From assembly GCA_028711065.1 (NCBI GenBank), contig JAQTSY010000001.1, positions 86,610 to 150,609 on the forward strand: DNA of 64,000 bases. The letters are read 5' to 3'. The translations under genes and the position numbers were made by a program. Position 1 is the first letter of the stretch, and each line of letters opens with the position of its first letter. The notes below the pieces were generated by a model. That model had not been told where the DNA came from, did not search any database, and saw only the letters and a program-made list of their open reading frames with translations. Shown here one piece after another: positions 18,440-28,630 of this stretch. This DNA comes from Minisyncoccota bacterium (GTDB taxonomy: Bacteria > Patescibacteriota > Minisyncoccia > Phycocordibacterales > JAQTLZ01).

Positions 18440-20362
18440 ATGAGCAAAGTAATCGGTATAGATTTGGGCACTACATATTCCGCTGTCGCTGTCATGGAAG
18501 GAGGCGAGCCGAAAATTCTCGAAAATGCAGAAGGAGTGCGAACCACGCCTTCGATAGTAGCAAAAGCAAAGACCGGAGAGACGCTCGCGGGCCTTCTCGC
18601 GCGCCGACAAGCAGTGACCAACCCAAAGAACACGATCTATCAGATCAAGCGTTTTATGGGCCACCAGTTCGACGAAGAAGCGGTGCAGAAAGACAAAGCA
18701 TCTGTGCCCTACGAAGTCGTAAAAGGGACAAACGGAGGAGTGGAAGTGAAAATGGGAGATAAGAATTATCGTCCAGAGGAAATTTCCGCCATCTTTCTTC
18801 AGAAATTGAAAGCTGACGCAGAAGCAAAGCTCGGAGAAAAAGTGACCGAGGCAATCATCACCGTTCCCGCATACTTCAATGACTCGCAGAGACAGGCGAC
18901 AAAGAACGCCGGAGAAATCGCAGGACTCACCGTGCTTCGTGTATTACCAGAGCCGACAGCAGCTGCTCTCGCCTATGGTTTTAACAAAAAGAAAAATGAA
19001 AAGCTCGTCGTCTTCGACTTCGGAGGCGGTACGTTCGATATTTCCGTGCTTGAAACAGGAGATGATGTTATCGAAGTGAAATCAACCGACGGAGACTCGC
19101 ACCTCGGAGGAAAGGACATCGACCAGAAGATCATGAACTACCTCGCAGATGCATTCATGAAAGAGAATCCGGGAATTGATCTGCGAAAAGACCCGCTTGC
19201 AAAACAGCGACTCGACGAAGCGGCAGAAAAGGCAAAGATCGAGCTCTCGACCGCAACACAAAGTGAGATAAACATTCCGTTCATTTCATCCGGAGCAAAC
19301 GGCCCGCTTCACCTCGTTCAGACGCTCACACGAGCAAAATTGGAGGAATTGTCGGCAGAGTTCATCGACCGAGCAATGGCAATCACCAAGCGAGCGATGG
19401 AAGCATCTCCATTCAAAGTAAATGAGATAAACGAAGTGGTGCTCGTCGGAGGCCAGACTCGAATGCCAAAGATGCAGGAAGTGGTGAAGGCATATTTCGG
19501 AAAAGAATTGAACCGCACAATCAACCCCGATGAAGTGGTAGCGCTCGGTGCGGCGATTCAAGGAGGCATCATCAAAGGAGATGTAAAAGATGTGCTTCTT
19601 CTTGATGTCATTCCGCTTTCTCTTGGTATCGAGACGATGGGACAGGTTGCAACAAAGCTCATCGACAAAAACACAACTATTCCAACATCAAAATCGCAAA
19701 CATTCTCAACAGCGAGCGACAATCAGACTTCAGTAGAGATCCACGTCGTACAAGGAGAGCGAGCAATGGCAAAAGACAATAAGTCGCTCGGTAAATTCAT
19801 TCTTGATGGAATCCCACCAGCACCGCGAGGCATGCCACAGGTAGAAGTAACTTTTGATGTGGATACGAACGGAATCCTCACCGTGAAAGCAAAAGAAAAG
19901 ACTACAGGAAAGGAGCAGTCGATCAAAGTGACCGGCTCAAGCGGTCTTTCAAAAGAGGAGATCGAGAAGATGAAAAAAGAGGCGGAAGTAAATGCCGCAG
20001 AAGATCAGAAGCAGAAAGATATGGTGGATGCGAAGAACTTCGCAGAACAGCTCGTCTACACGTCAGAAAAGGCATTGAAAGACGGAGGCGATAAAGTGCC
20101 AGCGGATCTCAAGAAAAGTATTGAAGATAAAATCGCAACAGTAAAAAAGGAACGAGAAAGCGGTACGCTCGAATCACTCAAGAAAGTGACGGAAGAACTT
20201 TCGACCGAACTCTCAAAGATCGGCGAAATAATGCAAAAAGCAGCGGGCGCACAGAGCGCGCCAGGAGCAGGTCCTGCTGGAGCGGAGGCTAAGTCGGAAG
20301 AAAAGGTACGGGATGCGGATTTTAAAGAGGGGGACGCGAAAAAGGACGAAGGAGCGAAGTAA
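18440..20362 (+). CDS. dnaK: molecular chaperone DnaK (Hsp70)
   Basis: '[14 protein letters not shown]', 'DLGGGTFD' and full Hsp70 architecture; 640 aa. Confidence 0.95.
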   Translation: MSKVIGIDLGTTYSAVAVMEGGEPKILENAEGVRTTPSIVAKAKTGETLAGLLARRQAVTNPKNTIYQIKRFMGHQFDEEAVQKDKASVPYEVVKGTNGGVEVKMGDKNYRPEEISAIFLQKLKADAEAKLGEKVTEAIITVPAYFNDSQRQATKNAGEIAGLTVLRVLPEPTAAALAYGFNKKKNEKLVVFDFGGGTFDISVLETGDDVIEVKSTDGDSHLGGKDIDQKIMNYLADAFMKENPGIDLRKDPLAKQRLDEAAEKAKIELSTATQSEINIPFISSGANGPLHLVQTLTRAKLEELSAEFIDRAMAITKRAMEASPFKVNEINEVVLVGGQTRMPKMQEVVKAYFGKELNRTINPDEVVALGAAIQGGIIKGDVKDVLLLDVIPLSLGIETMGQVATKLIDKNTTIPTSKSQTFSTASDNQTSVEIHVVQGERAMAKDNKSLGKFILDGIPPAPRGMPQVEVTFDVDTNGILTVKAKEKTTGKEQSIKVTGSSGLSKEEIEKMKKEAEVNAAEDQKQKDMVDAKNFAEQLVYTSEKALKDGGDKVPADLKKSIEDKIATVKKERESGTLESLKKVTEELSTELSKIGEIMQKAAGAQSAPGAGPAGAEAKSEEKVRDADFKEGDAKKDEGAK

Positions 20363-20372
20363 TGAAGAAGCG

Positions 20373-20400
20373 AAAAAGTTGCCTTGCAAGGCAACTTTTT
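20373..20400 (+). terminator. dnaK intrinsic terminator
   Basis: 'aaaaagttgccttgcaaggcaacttttt'. A second hairpin, 'agccacagaaa..tttctgtggct' at 20416-20444, serves the convergent minus-strand gene. Confidence 0.7.
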
Positions 20401-20462
20401 CGCGCACAAACAGAAAGCCACAGAAAATGTGACTTTCTGTGGCTGAAAACTTCTCAAACCAC

Positions 20463-20939
20463 TCAAACCCCCCTTCCTCTTGGACCCCCCATCGGCCAAG
20501 GCTTTGCTTGAGAGGTGAGTAGAAGCTTGGGAGGACAAGGCTGTCCATCCTTCTCTTCTCCCTTGATGAATAGCTTTGCTGAATCAACGCGCACGAGAGC
20601 GATGTCAACCCCTGCAACCCCCATCTCCCGATTAATCTCCTCGAGGAGTATTTTGAGTTTATCATCCGGGAAAAAATCTCTGCCTTCGCGAATGACTGCA
20701 GGATACCTCTGCGCTTTCACATAAAGAAGTGCGTGCAGCCTCGTTGCGAATTTCACTGGATCAAACCCCCCCACCGGATTGGAATCTCCGGACGGGCTGA
20801 TCACCATGTGGAAGTGAAATGCACACTGATCCGCACTCTCCACGTAGAAAATGTGCGAGATGTGCTTCTTTCGCCGAAGAAGAGAAACTACTGCAACAAT
20901 GACGCCAACAACGATCGCAACTACGCCAGCGTAGAACAT
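20463..20939 (-). CDS. membrane-anchored hypothetical protein
   Basis: N-terminal TM helix 'FYAGVVAIVVGVIVAVVSLL' with a downstream hairpin. Sits between dnaK and dnaJ on the opposite strand. A weak resemblance to Zn peptidase motifs is unconfirmed. Confidence 0.4.
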   Translation of the reverse strand: MFYAGVVAIVVGVIVAVVSLLRRKKHISHIFYVESADQCAFHFHMVISPSGDSNPVGGFDPVKFATRLHALLYVKAQRYPAVIREGRDFFPDDKLKILLEEINREMGVAGVDIALVRVDSAKLFIKGEEKDGQPCPPKLLLTSQAKPWPMGGPRGRGV

Positions 20940-21086
20940 GATTGACCCCCTTCGTTTGGGTTAAATTAAAAAGGAAGAGATCCACGAGGATCAATCCTGA
21001 CTTGCCAGACTACTTTATACCGCCATAAAGTATGTTTGTCAAGGAGAATCCTTGCACTATTTCCTGGGCGGTGTAATATAGTTTTC

Positions 21087-22163
21087 ATGGCAAAAGATTA
21101 CTATCAAATTCTCGGCGTAGAAAAGGGCGCTTCGACGGACGAAATCAAAAAAGCGTTCCGTACGCTCGCGCACAAACATCATCCTGACAAAAAAGGAGGC
21201 GATGCAGCAAAATTCAAAGAAGCGAGCGAGGCATACTCGGTGCTTTCCGACGAAAAGAAGCGCGCGGAATACGACACCTACGGACGAGTGTTCAGCGAAG
21301 GCGGAAATACCGGAGGAGGGAACGCGAGCGGATTCGAAGGATTTGATTTCTCACAATTTACTCAAGGTGGGGAAGGATTTGGAGGCTTTGATTTCGGCGA
21401 TATTTTCGGAGATTTCTTTGGAGGCAGAAATTCGAGAACAAAACGAGGCCGTGATATTTCGATTGACCTTGAACTTAGCTTTGCGGAATCAATTTTTGGT
21501 TCTGATAGGAAAGTACTTCTGACAAAAACAAGCGCTTGCGAACACTGCAAAGGAAGCGGAGCGGAAACTGGCTCGGAGATGATCACTTGTTCCACCTGTA
21601 ACGGAAAAGGAAAGATTCGCGAAACTAAGCGTTCGCTTCTCGGCTCGTTTATGGTTGAGAAAACCTGCGAGACCTGTCTCGGAAAAGGAAAAGTGCCGAA
21701 AGAAAAATGCCATGTCTGCCGAGGCGCTGGTGTGACGCGAAAAGAACAGGAGATCGAAGTCAAAATTCCTGTTGGAGTTGATGACGGAGAAATGGTGCGC
21801 CTCACTGGAATGGGAGAAGCTGTGGCTGGAGGGGTTTCTGGAGACCTCTACATCAAGCTTCACGTGCACCGACATCCGCTTTTCAAGAAAGAAGGAAATA
21901 ATCTTGTTACTGATCTTAAAATTAAATTGACTGACGCGCTTCTCGGGACTGAATACACTTTGCAGACGCTCGATGGAGAAATTAAGGTGAAAGTGCCAGC
22001 AGGAGTGACTTTCGGCGAAGTGCTGCGAGTGAAAGGAAAAGGCGTTCCGATGGAGAAAAATCACCGTGGAGACCTCCTTATCCGACTTCATATCCAATTA
22101 CCGACAAAGCTATCTCGCGAGGCACAGAAGGCATTGGAGGCTCTTAAAAAGGAAGGGCTCTAG
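21087..22163 (+). CDS. dnaJ: molecular chaperone DnaJ
   Basis: J-domain 'YYQILGV...HPDK', a G/F region and four CxxCxGxG zinc-finger repeats. Start at MAKDYY. Confidence 0.9.
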   Translation: MAKDYYQILGVEKGASTDEIKKAFRTLAHKHHPDKKGGDAAKFKEASEAYSVLSDEKKRAEYDTYGRVFSEGGNTGGGNASGFEGFDFSQFTQGGEGFGGFDFGDIFGDFFGGRNSRTKRGRDISIDLELSFAESIFGSDRKVLLTKTSACEHCKGSGAETGSEMITCSTCNGKGKIRETKRSLLGSFMVEKTCETCLGKGKVPKEKCHVCRGAGVTRKEQEIEVKIPVGVDDGEMVRLTGMGEAVAGGVSGDLYIKLHVHRHPLFKKEGNNLVTDLKIKLTDALLGTEYTLQTLDGEIKVKVPAGVTFGEVLRVKGKGVPMEKNHRGDLLIRLHIQLPTKLSREAQKALEALKKEGL

Positions 22164-22179
22164 ACTGAAAACAACAAAC

Positions 22180-22215
22180 AGCCCCCCACAAAAGCTTTTG
22201 TGGGGGGCTGTTTGC
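22180..22215 (+). terminator. dnaJ intrinsic terminator
   Basis: 'cagccccccacaaaagcttttgtggggggctgtttg'. Confidence 0.75.
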
Positions 22216-22297
22216 ATAATACCCCCAATATTGCTTAAATAGCCTAGGAATGAACGTTTCGAGCCCACGAGAGAGGCTTACACCCAAGGAGGTCGCA

Positions 22298-22681
22298 ATG
22301 TTCGAGAAATTGCTGAAAAATCTGACCCCTTGGCCAAAAGCCAAATGGGTCGCAGGAAGAAAGAAGAGCGTGTTCAAAGATGATCTGGACGAGTGCCGTT
22401 ACCTCGTTGGTAAATTGAGGGTCTGCTTCTTCGGCGGATGGAGTGCTGAAATGCAGGCCCAAAAAATCATTGCCATGGTCAAGGATGGCAAAGTAACTTG
22501 GAAAGCACTTCTTACAGACGAGGAAGAAATCAAGGAACTTGTCGTTAAGGCCAGAGAAAAAGAAGCGCGCGAAACTCTTCCATCGCCAAAGCGATGCGAA
22601 CAAGTCTTCAGCTACATCGGCCCGCCAAGAGTAAAAAAGGTGGAACCGCCCAAGTGGGTTCCACCTGGAGAGCGTAAATAG
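22298..22681 (+). CDS. hypothetical protein
   Basis: AGGAGG lies 7 nt upstream of 'MFEKLLKNL'. Followed by its own terminator at 22681-22716. Confidence 0.5.
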   Translation: MFEKLLKNLTPWPKAKWVAGRKKSVFKDDLDECRYLVGKLRVCFFGGWSAEMQAQKIIAMVKDGKVTWKALLTDEEEIKELVVKAREKEARETLPSPKRCEQVFSYIGPPRVKKVEPPKWVPPGERK

Positions 22682-22716
22682 CGGATTGGTTCACCCAATT
22701 CCGCTTTTTGTTTTTA
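22681..22716 (+). terminator. intrinsic terminator (member of a repeated hairpin family)
   Basis: 'gcggattggttcacccaattccgctttttgttttt'. A near-copy follows hisE at 23280-23316. Confidence 0.65.
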
Positions 22717-22951
22717 CATTATTGATAAAGGTTTGACTTTGATATAGAAATATTGTTATAGTGCAATCATGAATAACGGACTTCAGAAATCAATCCATCA
22801 TCGCAACTCAACCAAACTTGGCGAGGGGTTGTCTTGATATTTCTTCAAATTTCATATAAAGAAAACCCCTTCTCAAGTTTGAGAGGGGGTTTTCTTTTGT
22901 CTACCCGCATTCCGCAAAATGGCAAAATAGTTCTTTGAGAGGAGAGTCCCC

Positions 22952-23272
22952 ATGAGTGGAACCATTCGTGCACTTGAACTTCGAATAAGGAAACGGGCGA
23001 AATCTTCGCCGGATATTTCGTATACGCGAAAACTTCTCAACACAGGCACCCAAGGATGTGCTAAGAAATTTGGCGAGGAGGCTGTTGAGCTCATTATTGC
23101 AAGTTCATGCGAAGATGACCGAAGAGTCATTTCCGAGAGCGCAGACGTGATATACCACTTGTTGGTCTTGCTCAAATCGCGCGAGGTATCCTTCTCGGCA
23201 ATCAAGAAAGAATTGAAACGCCGCGAAAGTCAGTCCGGACTTGCAGAAAAAGCGGGACGCGAAAGGAAATGA
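22952..23272 (+). CDS. hisE: phosphoribosyl-ATP pyrophosphohydrolase-like (HisE/MazG-type NTP pyrophosphatase)
   Basis: 'PDISYTRKLLNTGTQGCAKKFGEEAVELIIAS...ADVIYHLLVLL' matches the HisE fold. No other his genes are nearby. Confidence 0.7.
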   Translation: MSGTIRALELRIRKRAKSSPDISYTRKLLNTGTQGCAKKFGEEAVELIIASSCEDDRRVISESADVIYHLLVLLKSREVSFSAIKKELKRRESQSGLAEKAGRERK

Positions 23273-23279
23273 GCAAACA

Positions 23280-23316
23280 GCGGATAGGTTCAAACCGATT
23301 CCGCTTTTTTATTTTT
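23280..23316 (+). terminator. intrinsic terminator (second copy of the hairpin family)
   Basis: 'gcggataggttcaaaccgattccgcttttttattttt'. Confidence 0.65.
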
Positions 23317-23378
23317 AAAATCCACAAGAAAAATCAATGGTTTCCTCACCTTCACCATAGTGCTAGAATGCTAGCGTT

Positions 23379-23864
23379 ATGGAAACCAAAGACCCAAAGG
23401 CAGCATTTCATTGGATTATCGGCATCCTCCAAAAGCACAAAGTCCCATTTCAAATAGAGGGGGGTCTTGCAGCCCGTGCATACGGTTCAAAAAGGGAACT
23501 CGCAGATATCGATATTGTCTTCCCCGATGACAGATTTGATGAATTGCTTCCTGAATTAAAAAAATACATTACATTCGGGCCCGCGCGGGATAAAGATGAA
23601 GCCTGGGCCTATACGCTGATGACTCTGGAACATAGCGGTCAAAAAATTGATATTGCAGGATCGTCTGGACAAGAATACTTTGATAAAACGAGGAAGCAAT
23701 GGATACCTTATTCTTCTGATTTTTCAGATTGCGAGTATAGAGAGATATATGGTCTCAAAGTCCCGGTCATCTCAAAAAAGAAATTGATAGCGTACAAAAT
23801 GAAACTCGGAAGGGAAGTAGATTTAGAAGATATTCAATTTCTCACAGGAAAAGATGTAAAGTAA
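23379..23864 (+). CDS. Lnu/ANT-family nucleotidyltransferase (lincosamide/aminoglycoside nucleotidyltransferase-like)
   Basis: 161 aa. 'IEGGLAARAYGSKRELADIDIVFPDD' carries the GG..G / hD[ILV]D minimal nucleotidyltransferase signature, and the C-terminal 'KVPVISKKKLIAYKMKLGREVDLEDIQFL' resembles the Lnu(A)/ANT(2'') C-terminus. Confidence 0.6.
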   Translation: METKDPKAAFHWIIGILQKHKVPFQIEGGLAARAYGSKRELADIDIVFPDDRFDELLPELKKYITFGPARDKDEAWAYTLMTLEHSGQKIDIAGSSGQEYFDKTRKQWIPYSSDFSDCEYREIYGLKVPVISKKKLIAYKMKLGREVDLEDIQFLTGKDVK

Positions 23865-23939
23865 AAATCATGAAAACAAAAAGCTTAGGAGAATATCCTA
23901 GCAAAAGAATTAAAAAAGTATATTATATTATACAAGCAT

Positions 23940-24329
23940 ATGACCCGAACAAACATATCATCAGGTTCTTCTTTCGAAAAACCCATAGGATTTTCGCGAG
24001 CAGTTCGAATTGGAAATACCATAGCCGTAGCTGGAACTGCCCCGATTGGTCCTGATGGTAAAACAGCCCATCCAGGAGATGCCTATTTGCAGACAAAACG
24101 CTGTTTTGAAATTATAAAAATTGCCATTGAAAAAGCCGGCGGAAAACTGGAAGATGTAATCCGAACAAGAGTAATGCTTACAGATATATCAAAATGGAAA
24201 GATGCTGCGAAAGCACATGGAGAATTTTTTAGCGAAATACGTCCAGCTTGTACTTTTGTTGGAGTAAAAAGACTTATCGAATCTGATTGGTTGGTAGAAA
24301 TCGAAGTCGATTGCATATTAGAGGACTAA
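23940..24329 (+). CDS. ridA: RidA/YjgF family reactive-intermediate deaminase
   Basis: 'IGFSRAVRIGNTIAVAGT...' and a C-terminal 'FVGVKRL...VEIEV' of the YjgF/L-PSP fold. Confidence 0.75.
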   Translation: MTRTNISSGSSFEKPIGFSRAVRIGNTIAVAGTAPIGPDGKTAHPGDAYLQTKRCFEIIKIAIEKAGGKLEDVIRTRVMLTDISKWKDAAKAHGEFFSEIRPACTFVGVKRLIESDWLVEIEVDCILED

Positions 24330-24479
24330 ATCCCTTACTATCTTGAGCGAAGTAACAAGAATCGTTCTGGCTAAAAATTTAACCCTTATGTTTTGTGGCA
24401 AGTTTCTTTTTTGCATGCTAACATTCTTTCATTCATATTTTTATTGTTTCAATAAATCTGCTTTCACTTAAATACATAT

Positions 24480-24550
24480 CGGGGTGTGGTGTAACGGTAG
24501 CATCCATGATTTGGGATCATGTAGTCAGAGTTCGAATCTCTGCACCCCGA
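24480..24550 (+). tRNA. tRNA-Pro (anticodon TGG)
   Basis: Manual fold: acceptor cggggtg/caccccg, D-arm gtgt..gcat, anticodon stem catga/tcatg with loop tttGGGa (anticodon TGG), T-arm cagag-ttcgaat-ctctg, discriminator A. No encoded CCA. Confidence 0.8.
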
Positions 24551-24618
24551 CAAATAAAAACCTCGCATTACTTATCTTTATAAAATAAAGAGTAGAGATG
24601 CGAGGCTGTTGTTATGTT

Positions 24619-26355
24619 TTAGAATCTGTTGATTACGTCCTCCAAACCCAGTTCAGTAACCTCCTGGGTTCTGCGATTTCGCAATTCAACGATGCCTTCG
24701 GCAGCACGCCGGCCGACAGTTATTCGCCAAGGACAACCAATGAGGTCCGCGTCTTTAAACTTCGCACCTCCTTGCAGACTTTCACGATCGTCGAGGAGTA
24801 CCGGTATCCCTCGTCCAGCCAGACGCTCATAAAGCGTATCTGATACCTTTCGCTGGTCTGGGTTGTCATACTTGACCGGTATAATCTCGACCCTGAATGG
24901 GGCGACTGATACGGGCCAGATGATTCCATCTTTGTCCCGATTTTGTTCCACGATTGCCTGCATAAGGCGGGTTGTTCCGATACCGTAGCAACCCATCCAG
25001 AGAGGGTGTGGCTTGCCATCCTCGCCTTTGTATGTTGCTCCCATCTTATCTGTATAAAGGCTTTGAAGCATAAAGATGTGCCCCACTTCAATGCCGTGAC
25101 TTTCCTGTAACAAGCCCATTTTGCATTCAGGGCATGTATGGCCAGCCACTGCGAGGTGAAGGTCAAAATAGCACTCCGGCGCGGCGAAATCACGTCCCGG
25201 TACCACATCAAGGAAGTGGTGCTCGGTCTTGTTTCCGCCGCATAGGATGTTGATCAGTCCTTCGACCGAACGGTCGAAGAGAATGGCGCGCACGTTCTGA
25301 AGTCCGATCGGGCCTGCAAAGCCAACGTCAGCGCCCGTGACAGCGCGTACGACGTCCGGTTTTGCCGGTTCCACCGATTGCGCGCTGAGCGCGTTTTTGA
25401 GTTTGATGATATTGATTTCCAGATCGCCTCGGATGCAGACCGCGACTTGGTACGATTGGCTTGGGCCAAGTTCCTCGTCGGCGGTGAGAATAATGGTCTT
25501 CACCATACGAGTTGCATCAAGGTCCGGAAACAGCTTGACCAGATCTTCCACGGTGCGTGTATTCGGCGTGTATTCAAGACGCATTGTCGCCGAGGGCTTG
25601 CTTTGCGGTGTGGGCGTCGGAACAACACTCGTTGCCTTTTCGGCATTTGCTCCATAATTGCAAGTGGGGCAGGTCAGGAGTATGTCTTCCCCACCCTCTT
25701 CCGAAACCGCCATAAATTCCGAGGAACCTTTTCCCCCGATGGCGCCTGAATCCGCTTGCACGTTGATGCAATTGGTCAGTCCGACCCGCTGAAATATCTC
25801 CGTATAGATTAGGCGGAAGAGATCGAAACTCTTCTGCATACCAGCTTGGTCGCGATCGAACGAGTAGGCGTCCGACATATCGAATTCGCGACACCGAAGC
25901 AGTCCGTGCCGAGGCCGGATTTCATCTCTGAATTTCCATCCGATTTGATGCCAAATGACCGGCAAATCGCGGTAACTGTCAATCGTTTCTGCCGCGAGTT
26001 GTGTTACCACTTCTTCTGCGGTTGGAGCCAGGCCAAACTTCGCGCCAGTGTGCCGTTCGGTGGTCTCGAACATCACCTTTGTGCCGGTATACTTATCCCA
26101 GCGTTCGGTTTTCAGCCAAAGTTCTTGCGGTTGCAAAATCGGCAACTGCAAGTTTTGCACATCGTGGCTTTCCATCACGTCCCAGACGATCGCCTGGATT
26201 TGTCTCCAGACGCGAAAGCCGAGTGGCAACAGAATGTAAGATCCCGGTGCCAATTGCTTAATGAAGCCTGCCTTCAGGAGGAAGGAGTGGGCCGCTGTCA
26301 TCGCCGCACCGACCTCGCCGTAGCGAGTTCGGGGAAACAATTTGGTCATTCTCAT
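24619..26355 (-). CDS. proS: proline--tRNA ligase (bacterial type with editing insertion)
   Basis: 578-aa class II ProRS with motif-2/3 regions and an INS domain. GC content is markedly higher than genome background. Confidence 0.9.
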   Translation of the reverse strand: MRMTKLFPRTRYGEVGAAMTAAHSFLLKAGFIKQLAPGSYILLPLGFRVWRQIQAIVWDVMESHDVQNLQLPILQPQELWLKTERWDKYTGTKVMFETTERHTGAKFGLAPTAEEVVTQLAAETIDSYRDLPVIWHQIGWKFRDEIRPRHGLLRCREFDMSDAYSFDRDQAGMQKSFDLFRLIYTEIFQRVGLTNCINVQADSGAIGGKGSSEFMAVSEEGGEDILLTCPTCNYGANAEKATSVVPTPTPQSKPSATMRLEYTPNTRTVEDLVKLFPDLDATRMVKTIILTADEELGPSQSYQVAVCIRGDLEINIIKLKNALSAQSVEPAKPDVVRAVTGADVGFAGPIGLQNVRAILFDRSVEGLINILCGGNKTEHHFLDVVPGRDFAAPECYFDLHLAVAGHTCPECKMGLLQESHGIEVGHIFMLQSLYTDKMGATYKGEDGKPHPLWMGCYGIGTTRLMQAIVEQNRDKDGIIWPVSVAPFRVEIIPVKYDNPDQRKVSDTLYERLAGRGIPVLLDDRESLQGGAKFKDADLIGCPWRITVGRRAAEGIVELRNRRTQEVTELGLEDVINRF

Positions 26356-26482
26356 GGTTTTTGCCCTTTCTGTGGCTTGTGTTACTCTAAAGAACGGCTT
26401 TCCATCACAAGTTTTAGCTTAATATTGAAGCCGTCCTCTTGTCAAATGCGATTAAAATGGGTATTCTGCGCTAATAAATATA

Positions 26483-27303
26483 TGGATACAAAAACAAAAA
26501 CGACAACTATCGGTATCTTGGGCTATGGAAATATGGGTCAAGCAATTGTAGCACAACTCCAGACCATGAAAGCGTCAAAGATGAATATTGAGATTGTCAT
26601 TCATTCTTTGGGAGTGAGTAATGTTCCAGGCGCTCGCTGTGTCGAATCCTCCATTGATTTATTTGAAGCTAGTGATTTTGTATTTGTTTGCGTAAAGCCT
26701 CAGGATTTTTACCAGCTCAAGACGCTAACTATAAAAAATGCCAAACATTTGATTGTTGTTTCAATTATGGCCGGTGTTCGTATAGTCAATATTCAGAAAG
26801 TATTTCCTGGAGCTAAAGTCGTGCGAGTAATGCCAAATTTACCGCTCCAAATCGGGCAAGGCGTCATTGGCTGGTATTTGAAAAAAGATTCTTTGACTTC
26901 AGACGAGCAAGCTTTTCTTGAAAAAGTCTTTTCAGTATTTGGCTTGAGTGTCCCGTTGCAAGAGGAAAAAATGCTCGATGCATTGACGGCTGTCTCCGGT
27001 TCAGGTCCTGCTTATGTTTTTCTCTTTGCAAACGCTCTTATAAAGTCAGCACGAGAACTTGGATTTAGCCAAGATGTTGCCGAAAAGATTGTGATAAAAG
27101 CAATTACCGGTTCGATTGCCTATGCTGTTTCGAAAGAGCATCCTGATTTTGAGCGCCTTATTCAGATGGTGCAGTCAAAAGGAGGGACAACGGAAGCGGC
27201 GCTTAACACTTTGGATGTTGAAAATTATTATACAGAGTGGCAAAAGGCAATTAAAAAAGCCTACGAGCGCGCTCAAGAAATTTCTTCTCATGACAGCAAA
27301 TGA
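26483..27303 (+). CDS. proC: pyrroline-5-carboxylate reductase
   Basis: Rossmann 'IGILGYGNMGQAI' and a C-terminal 'SKGGTTEAAL' ProC signature. The longer 25846 ORF start is antisense to proS and was rejected. Confidence 0.85.
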
Positions 27304-28555
27304 ACTTAAAAAAAATATAGCTGACGCTAAAAGAGCAAGTACTTCTTTGCTCATTTTAACTGCGCTTGAACGACGAGAGGTTTTACTAAAACTTGCGGAG
27401 CTTCTCGAACGAAATAGCGGACGAATCATCGTTTTGAACCAGAAGGATATTTCTATCGCAAAACAAAATGGTAAAGCAGATAGTTTTATCGAACGGTTGT
27501 CTCTTGATAAGAATAAAATTATAGCGATGGCGAATGCAACTCGTGCAGTCGCAAAACAGCAAGATATTCTTTTTAAAACTCTAGAACAACGTCGACGGCC
27601 GAACGGACTTCTCATTAAAAAGGTTCGCTTCCCTCTTGGGCTTGTTGCTATGATTTACGAATCACGCCCGAATGTGACCATCGACGCTTTCACACTTTCT
27701 TTTAAAAGTGGTAATGCGCTTTTGTTGAAAGGAGGAAAAGAAATTCTGTTTACAAACAAGATTCTTGTCAGGCTTATTCACGAAGCGCTTGCGACGCGAC
27801 ATATTGACACGAATGTTGTTAAAAATCTAAGCGGATTGGATAAAAAATTCGTCATTGAATTAATGAGTAATCCTTCGATTGATTGTCTCATTCCGCGTGG
27901 GGGGAAAAACTTGATTGATTTTGTGAGAAAATACGCTCGCGTCCCGGTTATTGTCACTGGCGCTTCAGTTGTACACACCTATGTTGACTCCGATGCGAAC
28001 ATTGAAAGCGCCACACGAATTATTTTGAATGCAAAGATGCGACGTGTTTCTATCTGTAACGCGCTTGATGTCGTCCTTTTGCATCGAAAGGTATATGCGC
28101 AAATGTTACGAAAACTTGGGCCTGATTTGGCGGAAAAGCGCGTTCAAATTCGCGCCGACCGGCGGAGTTTCGACGTGCTCAAGAAATCCCGTTACCCATA
28201 TTTGAAACATGCTCTTGCGAAAGATTTCGATACTGAATTCCTTGATTATGTGCTTGCAATAAAAGTCGTCAACAATTTTGAAGAGGCGCTTCAGCATATT
28301 TCGGAGCATAGCTTAGGCCATAGCGAAGCCATTATCACTCGCTCGAAAAAGCATGCTGAAGTATTCTTTCGTACGATCGATGCGGCTTGTCTCTATCTCA
28401 ATACCTCAACTCAATTCAGCGATGGCGGAGAATTCGGAATGGGAGGAGAGATTGGCATTAGTACCCAGAAACTTCATGCTCGGGGGCCTTTTAGCGCGCT
28501 TGAACTCACGACATATAAATATCTCGTGAAGAGCGACGGAGCAATCAGGAAATAA
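27290..28555 (+). CDS. proA: gamma-glutamyl phosphate reductase
   Basis: Aldehyde-dehydrogenase-type ProA with a 'CNALDVVLLH' catalytic Cys region. Overlaps the proC stop by 14 nt. Confidence 0.85.
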   Translation: MTANELKKNIADAKRASTSLLILTALERREVLLKLAELLERNSGRIIVLNQKDISIAKQNGKADSFIERLSLDKNKIIAMANATRAVAKQQDILFKTLEQRRRPNGLLIKKVRFPLGLVAMIYESRPNVTIDAFTLSFKSGNALLLKGGKEILFTNKILVRLIHEALATRHIDTNVVKNLSGLDKKFVIELMSNPSIDCLIPRGGKNLIDFVRKYARVPVIVTGASVVHTYVDSDANIESATRIILNAKMRRVSICNALDVVLLHRKVYAQMLRKLGPDLAEKRVQIRADRRSFDVLKKSRYPYLKHALAKDFDTEFLDYVLAIKVVNNFEEALQHISEHSLGHSEAIITRSKKHAEVFFRTIDAACLYLNTSTQFSDGGEFGMGGEIGISTQKLHARGPFSALELTTYKYLVKSDGAIRK

Positions 28556-28630
28556 CACATTGCGTTTTCTGTCCGCAAAAGAAAAAACCTTCTGTCGCGG
28601 TGAAGCGAAAGAAGGTCTCATGCGTGTTAA

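Noticed and set aside
25846-27303. 485-aa plus-strand ORF extending far upstream of proC
   Set aside because: Its first 210 codons are antisense to GC-rich proS. The ProC homology begins at MDTKTK (26483), which has the Rossmann motif. The long form is a GC-driven artefact.
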